From assembly GCA_051362555.1 (NCBI GenBank), contig CM120641.1:34788401-34852400 (forward strand): a DNA stretch of 64,000 bases, in the 5' to 3' direction. Position 1 is the first letter of the stretch, and every line of letters begins with the position of its first letter. The position numbers and the translations under genes are program-made. Positions 38,295 to 49,289 of the stretch are shown here, piece after piece. The notes under the pieces were generated by a model, which did no database searches, was not told the origin of the DNA, and saw only the letters and a list, made by a program, of their open reading frames with translations. This DNA is from Lingula anatina. Its lineage: Eukaryota; Animalia; Brachiopoda.

Positions 38295-41200
38295 GGAGAG
38301 AAAAAGAATGAGGGAGAGAGGGAGGAAGGGATAGTGGGGAGGAGAGCAGATGCATAGAAAGCTAAAAAAATGTTAATTTTCTCTTAGGGGGGTATACCAC
38401 ACAGTCCACTACAACAAACTGGATAACGCAATACCGAGTTACCTACAATGATGGAAAGGGGTGGCACAACTATTCTTCCAATGGAACTCTGGAGGTATGG
38501 AGATACAATGACATTTGTACTTTTTAACAACACCTGTTCTCATGAAAATTAAGTATTATGTCACATTTTAAGTCTGTGTTGTTTTTAAAAAGAAGTTACA
38601 AGAAATTATATTGTATAAGTGTACCTGATGTATACTCGGGTACCTTAATTACTGTTGAACATTAAAAACAATTGTTATGCATATACATGTACCTCACCTT
38701 GTGAGAATTGGAATATAATATTTCAGCTGTCCGGAAACACTGATTGGAATGGGCTGGTTACACAGTATATGCAACCACCATTCATAGCAGATGCCATAAG
38801 TATACATCTTCTGGCCTGGAATGGGAGACCTGAATTGCGCTTAGAAGTACTTGGATGCTCCGTTCAATCAATGGATGGTGGGTTGTTAATTTGTGCTTTT
38901 TACATACAGATACCTCTTTTTGTACAGAAGCACTAGTAATATTGCAAGTGCCAAGTCATATTTTTGCTTAAACCTTTACATAATTCTAATCTTTTTATTG
39001 ATAATTGTAAGTAATCAGTATGTACATTGTATCAACAAAAACAGAACTAAATTTGCACCATACTTGCATGTTTATCAATTCATATATAATGCAGTCAGAT
39101 ATAATCACATCCTTATTGAATCATAATTCTGATAGGAGATATAAATTATAATTTTTATTATTTTAATTTAGATAATGATGATTACGTTGGATGCTACATA
39201 GAGTCTAGTGGTGCTTTGTCAGAAATGCCCATCTCTGCTGGTACTGTCACAACAGCAGATGAATGCATCAATAACTGCAAGAACCTCGATATGATCTATG
39301 CTGGAATAAGTGTTGGTGAGTTTCTTTGGTGGACAATATTGAAAATTTCTTAATGACATTTCAATTTATCAGATATTTTTGATGCATTAAAAAGATGATT
39401 TTAATTATTAAAAATCTGTTGGAATCCAAAATAAGCTGAAGATCTTTTTGCAGGTAATGTTCGAAATGATTTCTATTTGACAATGTGACATTTTCTAGGG
39501 AATTGTTCCTGTAGCAACAGCCTTGGCAGAATTGGTAAACTCAAGGAATCCAGCTACTGTAAGCAAAAATGCAGTGGTAACACCAATCAATATTGTGGTG
39601 ATGAGGGAATGCTATCAGTGTATAGAGTATGGGGTAGGTATTCTCATCAAAAAGCAGCAGGTTTTCTGTTGATTCAGAAATGGAGTAAGGACCCTTTGGA
39701 AACAAACAAATTAAAATGATTGGAATGTGTCATTTTAGTAGGGATTGTATGACAGGTTTCAAAAGCGGTGACAAACAAAAAATCCAAGGAACGTTCTACA
39801 CACAGGATAACCTTAAAATATGTTAACTTTGTATTCTCTTCATTTGTACCTTAGACCATTTAAAACCTGTATTGCAGATTCTCAATGCCCTCCCATTCCA
39901 CAAGTATCTCACGCCAGTTCAAACAGCACTTCCAGAACCCATAGTTCTGTGGTTGGGTACCAGTGTGATACAGGATATGCATTTCCATCTGATGCAGTGA
40001 ACATAACAGCAATACAATGTGAACAGATACAGTGGACACAGACACCCCCAGATTGCCAAGGTAAGTTCATTTTTCAAGAGAAACCACCAGCATGGGAGGT
40101 GAGCAGAGGTGTTTGAGACACCTGCTAATTGGATAGTAATGTAAAGTTTAATTTATATATGTATTTTATGATAACATGCATTTTGACTGTTTAAGATCTA
40201 CGTGCCACACGAGAAGAAGAAAAAAGGCTTTTTTGGAGTAGACTATTTTTCTTATGATGGTTATAACCACTTTGATATTTTTAAATAATTGGGTGAATTT
40301 CTCCTAGGAAAGATAACAAGTAAATACCATGAAAATAAACCAGAGGGATATTAAATGAATGTTTAATTCAATTTTAGTTGTGAATTGCACAACCACTCAG
40401 CCATCAGTTGTAAACAGCACAAGTGTGCAAGGAGGCATCAGATATGGGAGTCGTGTGAACTACACTTGTTATAATGGATATCAGCTTCCAAATGGAGCTG
40501 TATTCACACAGAGCACCTGTCAGGCTGATGGGACATGGAGCAACATTTTGGTACACTGTGAGCGTAAGTGCACTTTTGCCATTTGAAGGATACAAGGGCT
40601 ATATATGTGTGTTTTACTTCCATTGCCCCTGGTTGACCAGCTATACATGTATATCCCTTCCACAGGACTCTTACAAAGCTAATGGTATCCCGCTGATCTA
40701 GAATCTCCCCTTTTGTCCTGAAAATAGGGGCCAAATAACTCGCTGTGTACACAGGAAGATAATTTCAGAAGAAAATTGCTTTTGGCTAAATTGATAAGAA
40801 TAGGCTGGCAAGATGAATAATAAATAAATATTAATGTATTTAAAATGAAACTGCTTTTTCACAGCTAAACATTGTGGCAGCAGGCCCTCAGTGACGAATG
40901 CGTTAGTTGTGCTTGATGAAGGCACAGTTGTCACATCCAGAATCAGCTACCACTGCAATCCTGGCTACCAGATAGAAGGTTCTGATGGCTTGGTACAGGA
41001 GGTCACTTGTTCTCTGGAGGCCCAGTGGAACACCACCGAATTGGAAAATTGCACAGGTTTTTCTCAAAACTTTACTGATCTTCTGAATGACTTGGTCGCT
41101 TTTTGATTGCCAAAATATTAATGTTAAATAACAGACATGTTCTTTACAGTGAATTTATAATTTATATTGTGGTTCATTTGCAAGGTAATCAAATTGCCAA

Positions 41201-42737
41201 TCTTTCATAACTTGTTTTTTAAAAATATTTTTAACATTTAAAATTGCACCTTTCAATCAGATGCCCCTACCTTTGTGGGATGTGTGTTGAGCAATGGTGG
41301 ACTACATGGAACAGGAGCCACACAGAGTTTGGCTGGTATACAGCAGGCAGAAAATAACTATGCACAAAGATGTATCTCAGAATGCAAACAAAATGGCTAT
41401 GCATTAGCTGGTATGTATGAAAATTTGCAATATTAATTTAAATTGACTTTAACTAATACTTAATTGACTCATATCACCTTATGTAACAGATATCATGTCA
41501 GGCGTATTGAGAATATGTGTATTCTACAAGTGTAAAATAAAAATAAACTTTAAAGATTTGATTGACAATATCCATTCATTTGATGATGAAAATAATAATT
41601 AATGAAAAGGGTTAGTACCAAAACAAATAAATAAATGAACTAAAAATTTAATATAAATAAATAAATATTCATGCAAAGAATCTCTGTCCTTAAAGGATTA
41701 AGTGAGGGAAGTACCTGTCAGTGTGGACAGACATACAGCACCAGTAAAATTGTGGATACAGCAACCTGCAACTTACCATGCTCTGGTGGTGACACAACAC
41801 AGTGGTGTGGGGGAACTGGCAAGACAGCAGTGTACAGAACAGGTACATTAATTACTTATTGCTCAATCTTCTCAATGGGGTAAAATTGTGAATTTTATAG
41901 ATACTTTATTTTTATGTCATAATTTCTTAAAATTAAAGTGTACTTATGATAGAGTGGTTATAACAGAATTAAAAAGGATGCTACTCTGTAGTTCTATTCT
42001 ATGCATTGAAAGCACCACAAATGCTGTATAGAAATATAATTTTGTAATTATTGCCCATTAAAAACATAGAGTAATTATTTTAAGTCTAATTATCACAACC
42101 TTTGTTCATTTTATCACTCACATACCAACACTACATCTGTCACCATTCTTTGCATACATGTTAAATTTATGGTACAGAGAACAAATGGGTGAAATTTTCT
42201 CTCTCAAATCGAAATTCATTTCAGAGACAGAGAAAATATGTGCAAGTTACATTATTCTGCTTCGTTAACCTGACCTGCACTATATATATGTTAACTAATG
42301 TCAAATACTTCAAAACGGTGCCAAAACTTTCATTAGTGATAAAAAACAGTGCCAAAACTTTCATTAGTGATATTGCTATCATGTAGATTATAGCACTTGA
42401 CCAAGTTTTGCCAAACATTATAACCTCCCTGTTAAATTTAAGTAAAGCAAAAACATTGTTTGGCAGTTAAGAGGTTAGACAATGATAGCTTAGTCATGGT
42501 TAAATACAACTGATATCAAAATATATAATAATATATCACCTTGTGCTTCAGACACTTTTTGCCCAATGTTGCCAGTAGGATCAACAGCAACTGTAAACAC
42601 CACCCAACGACTGGCAGGAACTGTGGTTGCATTCATTTGCAGTAGTGGCCATTTTCTATCCGGTGGTACAATTTCCAGTCATACTTATAAATGCCTTCCA
42701 TCTGGGCACTGGACTCCAACAGTCCAGTCTTGTATAG
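11504..42737 (+). CDS. Giant secreted-type mosaic protein (>=2,676 aa, 47 exons): SP, 9 MAM, F-type lectin, 6 CCP/sushi, C-type lectin, 3 WSC, fibrinogen-like subdomain, F5/8 type C; 3' end unresolved
   Basis: All exons join in frame through canonical GT-AG sites (sum 8,029 nt) with no internal stop; each domain is recognised by motif (see sub-features). Confidence 0.9.
14560..14792. mobile_element. PIF/Harbinger-type fold-back MITE
   Basis: Long TIR (ATTCCCAATGAATCTATC / GATAGGTTCATTGGGAAT), TTA TSD; the same insertion is present in the paralog at 60299-60531. Confidence 0.8.
14839..15968 (+). CDS. MAM domain 1 (exons 14839-15014, 15413-15649, 15875-15968)
   Basis: CDFE..C..W..GPS.DHT.G..GYYYYFE; FWYH; GDGAFDDIVITQEEC. 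Confidence 0.93.
16862..19191 (+). CDS. MAM domain 2 (16862-17046, 18425-18664, 19101-19191)
   Basis: CNFDSDSCGF..TGPSSDHT; RLLTP..FWYHAYG; FEVTRG..GDYGIDDV. Confidence 0.93.
17099..17970 (+). mobile_element. Truncated Penelope-like retroelement: RT fragment (~17330-17700) between inverted pseudo-LTR copies
   Basis: FYQQTYGAAIGSPLSPVIANIFME..ALQT...PRFW..RYVDDT..FT.E.E...L..LDV...T.VYR..T...YL is the PLE RT signature; 17099-~17293 is the reverse complement of ~17758-17970. Confidence 0.9.
17873..17920 (+). ncRNA. Degenerate minimal type I hammerhead ribozyme in the Penelope pLTR (mirror copy on - strand ~17163-17212)
   Basis: ACTCC-CTGATGA-[GTGAC..GTCAC hairpin]-GAGA-TA-TT-GGAG: stem I ACUCC/GGAG, core CUGAUGA, GAAA mutated to GAGA, palindromic AUAU in place of stem III. 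Confidence 0.6.
19820..22548 (+). CDS. MAM domain 3 (19820-19992, 20980-21219, 22458-~22548)
   Basis: CSFDADKCG..DW..DHTSGSGHYMYIEAS; FWYHAYG; VFEASRG..DYCLDD. The last donor could alternatively be at 22539. Confidence 0.92.
22776..24040 (+). CDS. MAM domain 4 (22776-22942, 23349-23579, 23947-24040)
   Basis: CDFEQDECG..TGPSGDHTTGSGYYMYMEA; LWYH; DIAIDDISI. Confidence 0.93.
23637..23709. repeat. (GA)n microsatellite (others: (TC)n 24727-24770, (GA)n ~38258-38292, (TG)n ~7112-7133, (ATT)n ~31012-31055)
   Basis: Direct inspection. Confidence 0.95.
24516..25862 (+). CDS. MAM domain 5 (24516-24715, 25401-25628, 25778-25862)
   Basis: CTFDDGTCQF..FDW..TGPSQDHT; ARMLSP..FWY; EYAIDDITL. Confidence 0.93.
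26174..27142 (+). CDS. MAM domain 6 (26174-26349, 26571-26798, 27052-27142)
   Basis: CNFDTNDCG..TGPSSDH; YWYHGYG; SDYAVDDISI. Confidence 0.93.
27700..27867. mobile_element. CAGGCCCGTAGCC-ended MITE with 5-bp TSD (AAATG)
   Basis: Perfect TIR CAGGCCCGTAGCCAG / CTGGCTACGGGCCTG; AAATG on both sides. Confidence 0.85.
28263..29971 (+). CDS. MAM domain 7 (28263-28456, 29434-29670, 29890-29971)
   Basis: CTFEDGVCGF..TGPSGD; ARVRTP..FWYHAFG; VFEAQRG..DCAIDDV. Confidence 0.93.
28484..28698. mobile_element. PIF/Harbinger-type MITE
   Basis: TAA TSD; internal CTAACTCCCTGGGGG...GTGAGACTCCCC shared with the copies at 37671 and 61661. Confidence 0.75.
28909..29165. repeat. Degenerate short-period TGCAAA/GCAAATTTGCT repeat, probably MITE-internal
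   Basis: Many GCAAA(T/C)TTGC units; the start ACCCTTAGCAAAAT recurs at ~34673. Confidence 0.6.
30572..31340 (+). CDS. F-type lectin (fucolectin/FTP) domain (30572-30781, 31101-31340)
   Basis: ENLAFGK..ALDG..SC....DPWFVVDL..VTITGRGDCC.DRL..GRYVSI..LCEIQV. Confidence 0.92.
31576..32759 (+). CDS. MAM domain 8 (31576-31763, 31957-32205, 32666-32759)
   Basis: CDFE..CNF.Q..DQFDW..TGPSAD; FWAHIYG; GDIAIDGI. Confidence 0.92.
33556..34533 (+). CDS. MAM domain 9 (33556-33737, 34030-34269, 34443-34533)
   Basis: FD..NCGFTQD..TGPQADHT; ARIRSP..FEYHAFG; IAIDDITI. Confidence 0.92.
34853..35409 (+). CDS. Two CCP/sushi domains (34853-35032, 35239-35409)
   Basis: C..P.NG...YxC..GY...C...G.W...P.C pattern in each phase 1-1 exon. 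Confidence 0.92.
35649..36062 (+). CDS. C-type lectin-like domain (single exon)
   Basis: C..PW..WGNCF..EARRKC...WLVGL..DGS..EPS..LQD..FICQK. Confidence 0.88.
36353..36610 (+). CDS. WSC domain 1
   Basis: GYLGCY..MSALQCIEYC..CFC..C...CTGN..ENCGG. Confidence 0.9.
36860..36982 (+). CDS. Short fibrinogen-C/COLFI N-subdomain-like exon
   Basis: SCESLKSQGVVLPGKYWIRPDGKEVSWRVECFM matches SC..L...G...G.Y.I.PDG.....V.C.M; phase 1-1, 123 nt. Confidence 0.8.
37471..38877 (+). CDS. F5/8 type C (discoidin) domain (37471-37558, 38068-38171, 38388-38494, 38727-38877)
   Basis: GAWAP...PWV..VTGIITQG..WITQYRV.Y..GNTD..PPFIA..W..RPELRLEVLGC. Confidence 0.9.
37671..37857. mobile_element. PIF/Harbinger-type MITE
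   Basis: ATA TSD; GGGTGCTTTCCCAGAGATTTAGATCGATC...GATCGATCTAAAATGGAAATGGGGTG. Confidence 0.75.
39172..39633 (+). CDS. WSC domain 2 (39172-39315, 39499-39633)
   Basis: YVGCY..CINNC..YAGI..CSC..C...CSGN..QYCG..SVYR. Confidence 0.9.
39878..41056 (+). CDS. Three CCP/sushi domains (39878-40060, 40378-40563, 40865-41056)
   Basis: Four-Cys CCP pattern with YxC..GY and W in each phase 1-1 exon. Confidence 0.92.
41261..41842 (+). CDS. WSC domain 3 (41261-41410, 41696-41842)
   Basis: FVGC..CISECKQNGYALAGL..CQCG..CNLPCSG..WCGG..AVYR. Confidence 0.9.
42552..42737 (+). CDS. CCP/sushi domain 6 (last confidently identified exon)
   Basis: FCP.LP...F.C..G..L...YKCLPSGHW....SC; ends in donor G|GTATGT, so at least one more exon is expected. 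Confidence 0.88.
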
Positions 42738-43970
42738 GTATGTATGTCCAGGGTATGGTATGCCTAGCAGTATTTTCTGCTTATCAAACCAAATTTTTTC
42801 TTCTATTAAATTACAATAACTACCTTATTAAAATTAATTTTTCCATAAATTTGAAAAACACTAAATATTAAGACAATACTACATTTTTGAAATAAATATT
42901 ATTGCAGTATGTAATGATATAGTTTAATGTTTGATAAAAGCAGACTCGCCCTCATGGTAAGCAACATACATTAACTATTGTTAAAAACCGACTTGTTGAC
43001 ATACATGTTTATTTTGATAGATATTTATATACAGACACTGCATGCATCTGTATTTATTCTGATCACTGTCTTTGTCTGTGCCAATGCATCCGACTCATCT
43101 GTATTTTACCCTTTGGCTGCCAAACCATATCATTTGACTTTGTTTGGTAAAAAAGGCAGGTTCCTTTCTAATATGTTTTTTAATATTATTTTATAAAAGT
43201 AGACTTTTTTCCTTTTTGTGTTTATTTTGGCTATGTTTGCCCCATAAGTGCAAACTGAATTCTGTTTTACTTTTTTACAATTTTTTTAAAGTTACTGTTA
43301 CTGGAATGTGCTTGTTTATGTTGATGGAAATTACCTTTTTTTTTGTTAAGTGTCTGTATATTTGCCAGACTTGCTGTCTAGTTGATTTTTTTTTTACCTA
43401 AATGAGTTAATCACTATAGAACACCTATTTTAACATCATAAGCAAAGCTTAAATGGAAAATTGCAGACCTACAATAATTTCATTTATCATTGATCATATC
43501 TACTGAGACTTATAAATGTCACAGTCAAAACAAACATCCAAAGACTAAAAGAGTCAGATACCCAGAACTAAAAGGTAAGCCATACGTAATTGTAATTTAG
43601 ATTTGAGTGTCTTTACTTCAAGGTGTGTTACATGATTCAATGAGGCAATTCAAAGATGTGCAATAGGAAAGGTGAAAGTGCTATATTTTTGTTTTACACA
43701 CAAAGGGATGGTTTGTGGGATTGTTTTTTCTTTATTTAACAATTTTTGAATTAAAAAACATGTTTTTGGTAGCATAAACCTAGTTAATTATGGGTTTCTT
43801 AAAACATCTAAGAATGCATTACCATGGATGTATAAATGGTAATACATTTTATCATAAGTATAGCATATTGTGAACAGATGTCAAAAAAATGGTGGATTGC
43901 ATGTATTGCAAATGTTTCTTTTCTTTCAAAATCCCACACATCATCCTTTCCTCTTCAATTTGTCTTGAAT

Positions 43971-44129
43971 CAGGCCCGTAGCCAGGGGGGTTCGGGGGGT
44001 TCGAAATAACCGCCCCTTTTGCTGGGAAAAGGTCCACTCTGGGTAAAATTTGAGCTTGGTACATGAAGTTTTTATAGAAAAGGTCCATTTTTTCAGAAAA
44101 AGAACCCCCCTTTTGAAATTGCGGGCCTG
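43971..44129. mobile_element. CAGGCCCGTAGCC-ended MITE with 5-bp TSD (TGAAT)
   Basis: Homologous to 27700-27867; TGAAT on both sides. Confidence 0.83.
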
Positions 44130-44901
44130 TGAATGGTGGATTTTTTAATTGTCACAGGGTGAGGGTGTAGGAAAGTGCATTGAATGTGAGAAAAAGAACA
44201 GAATCCCAGACTCAGAGACCGTGTGATGTGGGTGAGTTTGAAGACAGTTGCAATTGGTTATGATGTATGATAGCTGTAAAATGGTTGATTTGTCTCCGAA
44301 TTAGGGTATCATGCAAAGTTAGACTGCATAAAGATATCAGCATTGTTATCCAATGAATGTTTTGTGCTGATCAGTATGGTATGGTGTGACAGTATGCTTG
44401 AATGGGAATTGTTCTTGCTCGCAAAATGTGATAGAGTGTTCCTTTTTGGCAACCAGATGCTGATGTGAAATGCAAGTTATATTGTTGTGTGTGAGACTTA
44501 GAGTGCATTCATGACAGCGAACTAACAGATCTGGGAGCAAATATGGCTGATCCACTTGAATGCTTGGGTAATCTAGTCAGTGGCTAATCAAAAATTGAGC
44601 TGTTAGCATTTTAGTGGGTCACCATATTTGCTCTGCTGATCTGTTAGCTAGTCCACTTTTCTGAATGCCCTCTTGAGTTGCATGTCATTTCTTCTCTAAT
44701 CACTGAAAATGAGCTCTGGCTATGAATTATCTGGCATACGTATAGCAATTAACTTGTTTGCAGATAGAAAAATAGAAAAATAATTTTAAATTGTGCATAA
44801 GCTGTGGAAAATGCAATATCTGACTTGGATTTCCAGGTCTTATGTACCTGTATCACAAAATGACACTCTTTAAAAATATCTGGAATTTATTTATCATACT
44901 G

Positions 44902-45090
44902 CAGGGGCAGATCCAGAGATATTTTCTGACAGTCTTCCTAATTATCTTTGTTTATCCATCCTCCATTTTAAACCGTCTTCCAAAAGAAAAAAATGAAAGA
45001 TCCCCCTCTACTGCACCCAGTATGTACAGGTAAAATTTGAAAATCTGACCATCTTCCAGAATACCCTGAATATGGCTCAACCTGCCCCTG
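44902..45090. mobile_element. CAGGGGCAG-ended MITE (related fragments at ~27476 and ~20180)
   Basis: CAGGGGCAG...CTGCCCCTG ends; internal GATATTTTCTGACAGTCTTCC..ATTATCTTTGTT shared with the other fragments. Confidence 0.65.
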
Positions 45091-45712
45091 TATTGTTTGT
45101 TATAAACAAAACTGATTGATCAATTAAATACATTGTGTATTTCATTCAAATGAAGATCTTTATATTTACTGACCTGATTGTATTAATATTAATAAAGTTG
45201 CAAAAAATTATAATAATCTTCTGTATAGAGCAATTTATTGTCTTTGAGCAGCTGTACACAGACTGGACAATAGAAGTGTCACCCCTTCTGAATCAATACT
45301 TTGGGGGAGATAAATGACTGTGGAATGATGTGCTCCTGGTATTATTTATTTTAATAAAACATCAAATTTCACAAAAAGACCAACAATACAATTCCATGGT
45401 ACAGCTGTTTTATAATCATTAGTCACATTATAAGTAGACCAGGCATTATAACTACTCAAGATCTGTGTGTGGTTTGCTTGTCACTGAATGTTTAAAAAAA
45501 AGAGGAAAATACACCCTACCAACAGTAAGATAAGCATCAAATAAATTATTTTTCTCCTCGTGCTCCAAATATTATATCAGAAATGTCAAACTAATATGGA
45601 ATCACAATATATTTTTTGGTCAGCGAAAGAAAACATTGTTTTCTCTTGTCCTTGTACAAAATGAAACATTTTGATAATTTTTCTAGGGAACATATGTTAC
45701 TTATTAGTATTA

Positions 45713-48572
45713 CGGTAAAGTCTAATTTCGTCGTTCTTGAAAATTTCGTCGGTCGACGATTTTCCGCAGACGTAATTTTTTTCCCTTTGAAAACTTCGTC
45801 GACCTTGAAAATGAGGTACTCGATAATTTTTGAAAAGTTCGTCGCCAAATATGGCCGCGTTGTCCAGCTCAAACATAAAGGTAATGCGTCAGTTGATTCA
45901 AGACAATGATACGAACAGGATATCATTGCCGATAACACTCTCAATGGGAGATAGGAACAATAGTGCGCCCCTGCGAGCGGTCATTCACAATACAGATGGT
46001 TTAGATGTGAATTCCCGTTCTCAATTGCGGGAACGTCGGCCTTTTGTCTTTAGTTTTATTACTATTACCTGGCTCAAGGCGGCAAATAGAAGTCACAGGC
46101 CGCGGCTCTGTCATTTGTAACGCCGTTATTGTTATCGGCGGCTGTCCTAAATGAGGAAGACACAATGAAAAAATCAAGATATTATCTCGAAGGGAAATGT
46201 ACCCGTCACTTCTATTCATGGCCATGTTCAATTTAGGACCATTTTACGATTACCTGGCTCGTACATGGAGATCGTTCGCAATGCGAATGGGACGAGATGG
46301 CAATTTTCATATCTTCAGCGGAGAATCGTTCGCGTAATATCGTCAACAGATCGTTCGCGATCCAAACGAGACGAGAAGATAATTTTCATTTTTGTAGCGG
46401 ACTCCGTTCGCGTAAGATCATCAGCGGGAGATCGTTTGCGATTCGAGAGAGACGAAAAGGCAATCTTCATATCTTCAGCGGGAGATCGTTCGCGATGTAA
46501 GCAATAATAAAATGCAGTTTTCATATTAGTTCAAGGAACTTTGTTTGCCAACGATCGTCAGCGGGAAATCATTATTTTAACCCCCCCTCCCCCTTTGAAT
46601 TTTATACACAACATATATTTTTCATTTTATCTTTAACCCCCCCTTCCCCCGCTCACGGCATTTCTTCGGCGAAGAATATAGTTAGCGTAAGATTATCAGG
46701 ACTTTGTTCGCGTAAGATCATATCAGAGGGAGATCGTTCGCGATCCTAGCTAGACGAAAAGGCAATTTTCATATCATCATCGGGAGATCGTTCGTGATTT
46801 AAGCAATAATAAAATGCAGTTTTCATATTAGTTCAAGGAACTTTGTTTGCCAACGATCGTCAGCGGGAGATCATTATTTTAACCCCCCTCCCCCTTTGAA
46901 TTTTATAAACAACATATATTTTTCATTTTATCTTTAACCCCCCCTTCCCCCGCTCACGGCATATCTTCATCGGAGAATCGTTCGCATATCCTCAGGACTT
47001 TGTTCGCGATGTAAGATCGTCAGAGGGAGTTCGTTCGCGATCCGAGCGAGACGAAAAGGCAATTTTCATATCGTCATCGGGAGATCGTTCGCGATGTAAG
47101 CGAGAATAAAATGCACTTTTCATATTAGTTCAAGGAACTTTGTTTGCCAACGATCGTCAGCGGGAGATCATTATTTTAACCCCCCTCCCCCTTTGAATTT
47201 TATACACAACATATATTTTTCATTTTATCTTTAACCCCCCCTTCCCCCGCTCACGGCATTTCTTCGGCGAAGAATAGTTAGCGTAAGATTATCAGGACTT
47301 TGTTCGCGTAAGATCATATCAGAGGGAGATCGTTCGCGATCCTAGCTAAACGAAAAGGCAATTTTCATATCATCATCGGGAGATCGTTCGTGATGTAAGC
47401 AATAATAAAATGCAGTTTTCATATTAGTTCAAGGAACTTTGTTTGCCAACGATCGTCAGCGGGAGATCATTATTTTAACCCCCCTCCCCCTTTGAATTTT
47501 ATAAACAACATATATTTTTCATTTTATCTTTAACCCCCCCTTCCCCCGTTCACGGCATATCTTCATCGGAGAATCGTTCGCATATCCTCAGGACTTTGTT
47601 CGCGATGTAAGATCGTCAGAGGGAGTTCGTTCGCGATCCGAGCGAGACGAAAAGGCAATTTTCATATCGTCATCGGGATATCGTTCGCGATGTAAGCGAG
47701 AATAAAATGCACTTTTCATATTAGTTCAAGGGAACTTCGTTCGTGGAAGATCGTCAGCAGGAGATCGTTATTTTAACCCCCCTCCCCCTTTGAATTTTAT
47801 AAATAATATATATTTTTCATTTTATCTTTAACCCTCCCCCCCCCTTCCCCGCTCACGGCATATCTTCGGCTAAGAATCGTTTGCGTAATATCGTCAGGAC
47901 TTTGTTCGCGTAAGATCGTCAGAGGGAGATCGTTCGCGATCCGAGTGAGACGAAAAGGCAATTTTCATATCATCATCGGGAGATCGTTCGTCATGTAAGC
48001 AATAATAAAATGCAGTTTTCATATTAGTTCAAGGAACGTAAAATTGCAGATGATCGTCAGCGGGAGCAATTATTTTAACTCCCTGTAAATTTTTAGGAAG
48101 TTACAGATATTAATTTTAGAAGGCCTGACACTTAATCCTGGGAAAAGCCCTGCATGCAGCAAACGTTGCCAAGTGCGTAATTTTTTTAATATGTCGCATC
48201 CAGGTTATGATGCAAGGTTGCAATTAGGCTTATCTTGATCCTTCTCCTCTATCAGGAGGTATGTTTCTTACCGAGAAGATAATTCTCAACATATTTTCGG
48301 GTACAGTAAGTTAAATATAACTTAAAAGAGATGCACAAATAAAAAGATTATTATTTACCACCAGAAAATGACTTAGGAAGTAGTAATAAATATCCCACAA
48401 TATAGGAGGGTCAAAGATAACAGCCGCTAAGGATAAAAGCACAAAGGCCGGATTTTTGAAAATTTCGTCATACCCAGGAGTCGGGGAGAGGTAATTTTGA
48501 AAAATTAGTCGGATTTACACAATTAAAAATATTAATTAATTTTTAAGCGACGAAATTTTCAAGACTTTACCG
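45713..48572. mobile_element. Non-autonomous TIR DNA transposon with TA TSD (Tc1/mariner/pogo-type ends) carrying an internal tandem array
   Basis: TA-CGGTAAAGTCT...AGACTTTACCG-TA; subterminal GAAAATTTCGTC-like repeats at both ends (~45740, 45790, 45832, 48458, 48550); no transposase ORF. Confidence 0.82.
46280..48070. repeat. CpG-rich tandem array, ~300-bp monomer, ~6 copies, with A/B dimeric higher-order structure
   Basis: Anchor TTCAAGG at 46530, 46832, 47129, 47428, 47725, 48028 (periods 302/297/299/297/303); internal GGGAGATCGTTCGCGAT subrepeats. Confidence 0.95.
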
Positions 48573-49289
48573 TAGCCATGAAGCAAAGCCCCTTGAGTTA
48601 CAGTTTAAATATTTATAAAATCATCCTTACGTCATGTCTAATTTACCTTGACTACAAAATGTATCGGAATTAATGCAGTATAAAAATTGGAATTAAATGA
48701 CCCGGAACATACGTCACTGTACCTTTTTGGAACATAAATTGAGACAATTGTGGATTTTTGTTCTATACACATATATGTTTTTAAAAATTGAATACAACTT
48801 TGAATTCGTTTAGTTTTATTTTTTGACACTTCAGCATGTGAAATGCACCTCTTTATTGGGTTTGGGTGGCACAGTACCTCATGACAGTGAAAATTGCCTT
48901 ATGCTTTAACTACTATACAGAATTTTAAACTACATCGCTAAAATTAGTAGTGGCAGTAAAGTTTTACATGCAAAATAGTCAAGATGGGGAAAATTCTGTG
49001 GAATGGCTCTTTTAAAATTTTGGCTGTTGAAATTTAGTGAGTGGTTTTTGATAAAATTATACCCTGTATGTCATAGTTATAGTACTGCAAAAAAAAAGTC
49101 ACAATTGAAAACTGAAGAACAGTATTAAAGTTTAGTGATATACTTCCATTTCTGATTTTGGCAAGTTTTCACAAATAATACCATAAAATGTAATATTTCG
49201 ATCCATTGAATATGTGACCTTGTTAATAGTTACACTGCTTTCTGCATGACTGATTATGAAAGCAGCCATTTTCAAGGCGAAGTGGCAAA

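Noticed and set aside
11504-42737. Naming the gene MALRD1, MAMDC4, SVEP1 or CSMD
   Set aside because: No LDLa, VWA, EGF, pentraxin or CUB domains were seen; the architecture differs, so no symbol is given.
46280-48070. CRISPR-like or coding interpretation of the regular array
   Set aside because: Whole ~300-bp units repeat with no unique spacers, no cas genes, eukaryotic context; the ORFs are short and differ between units.
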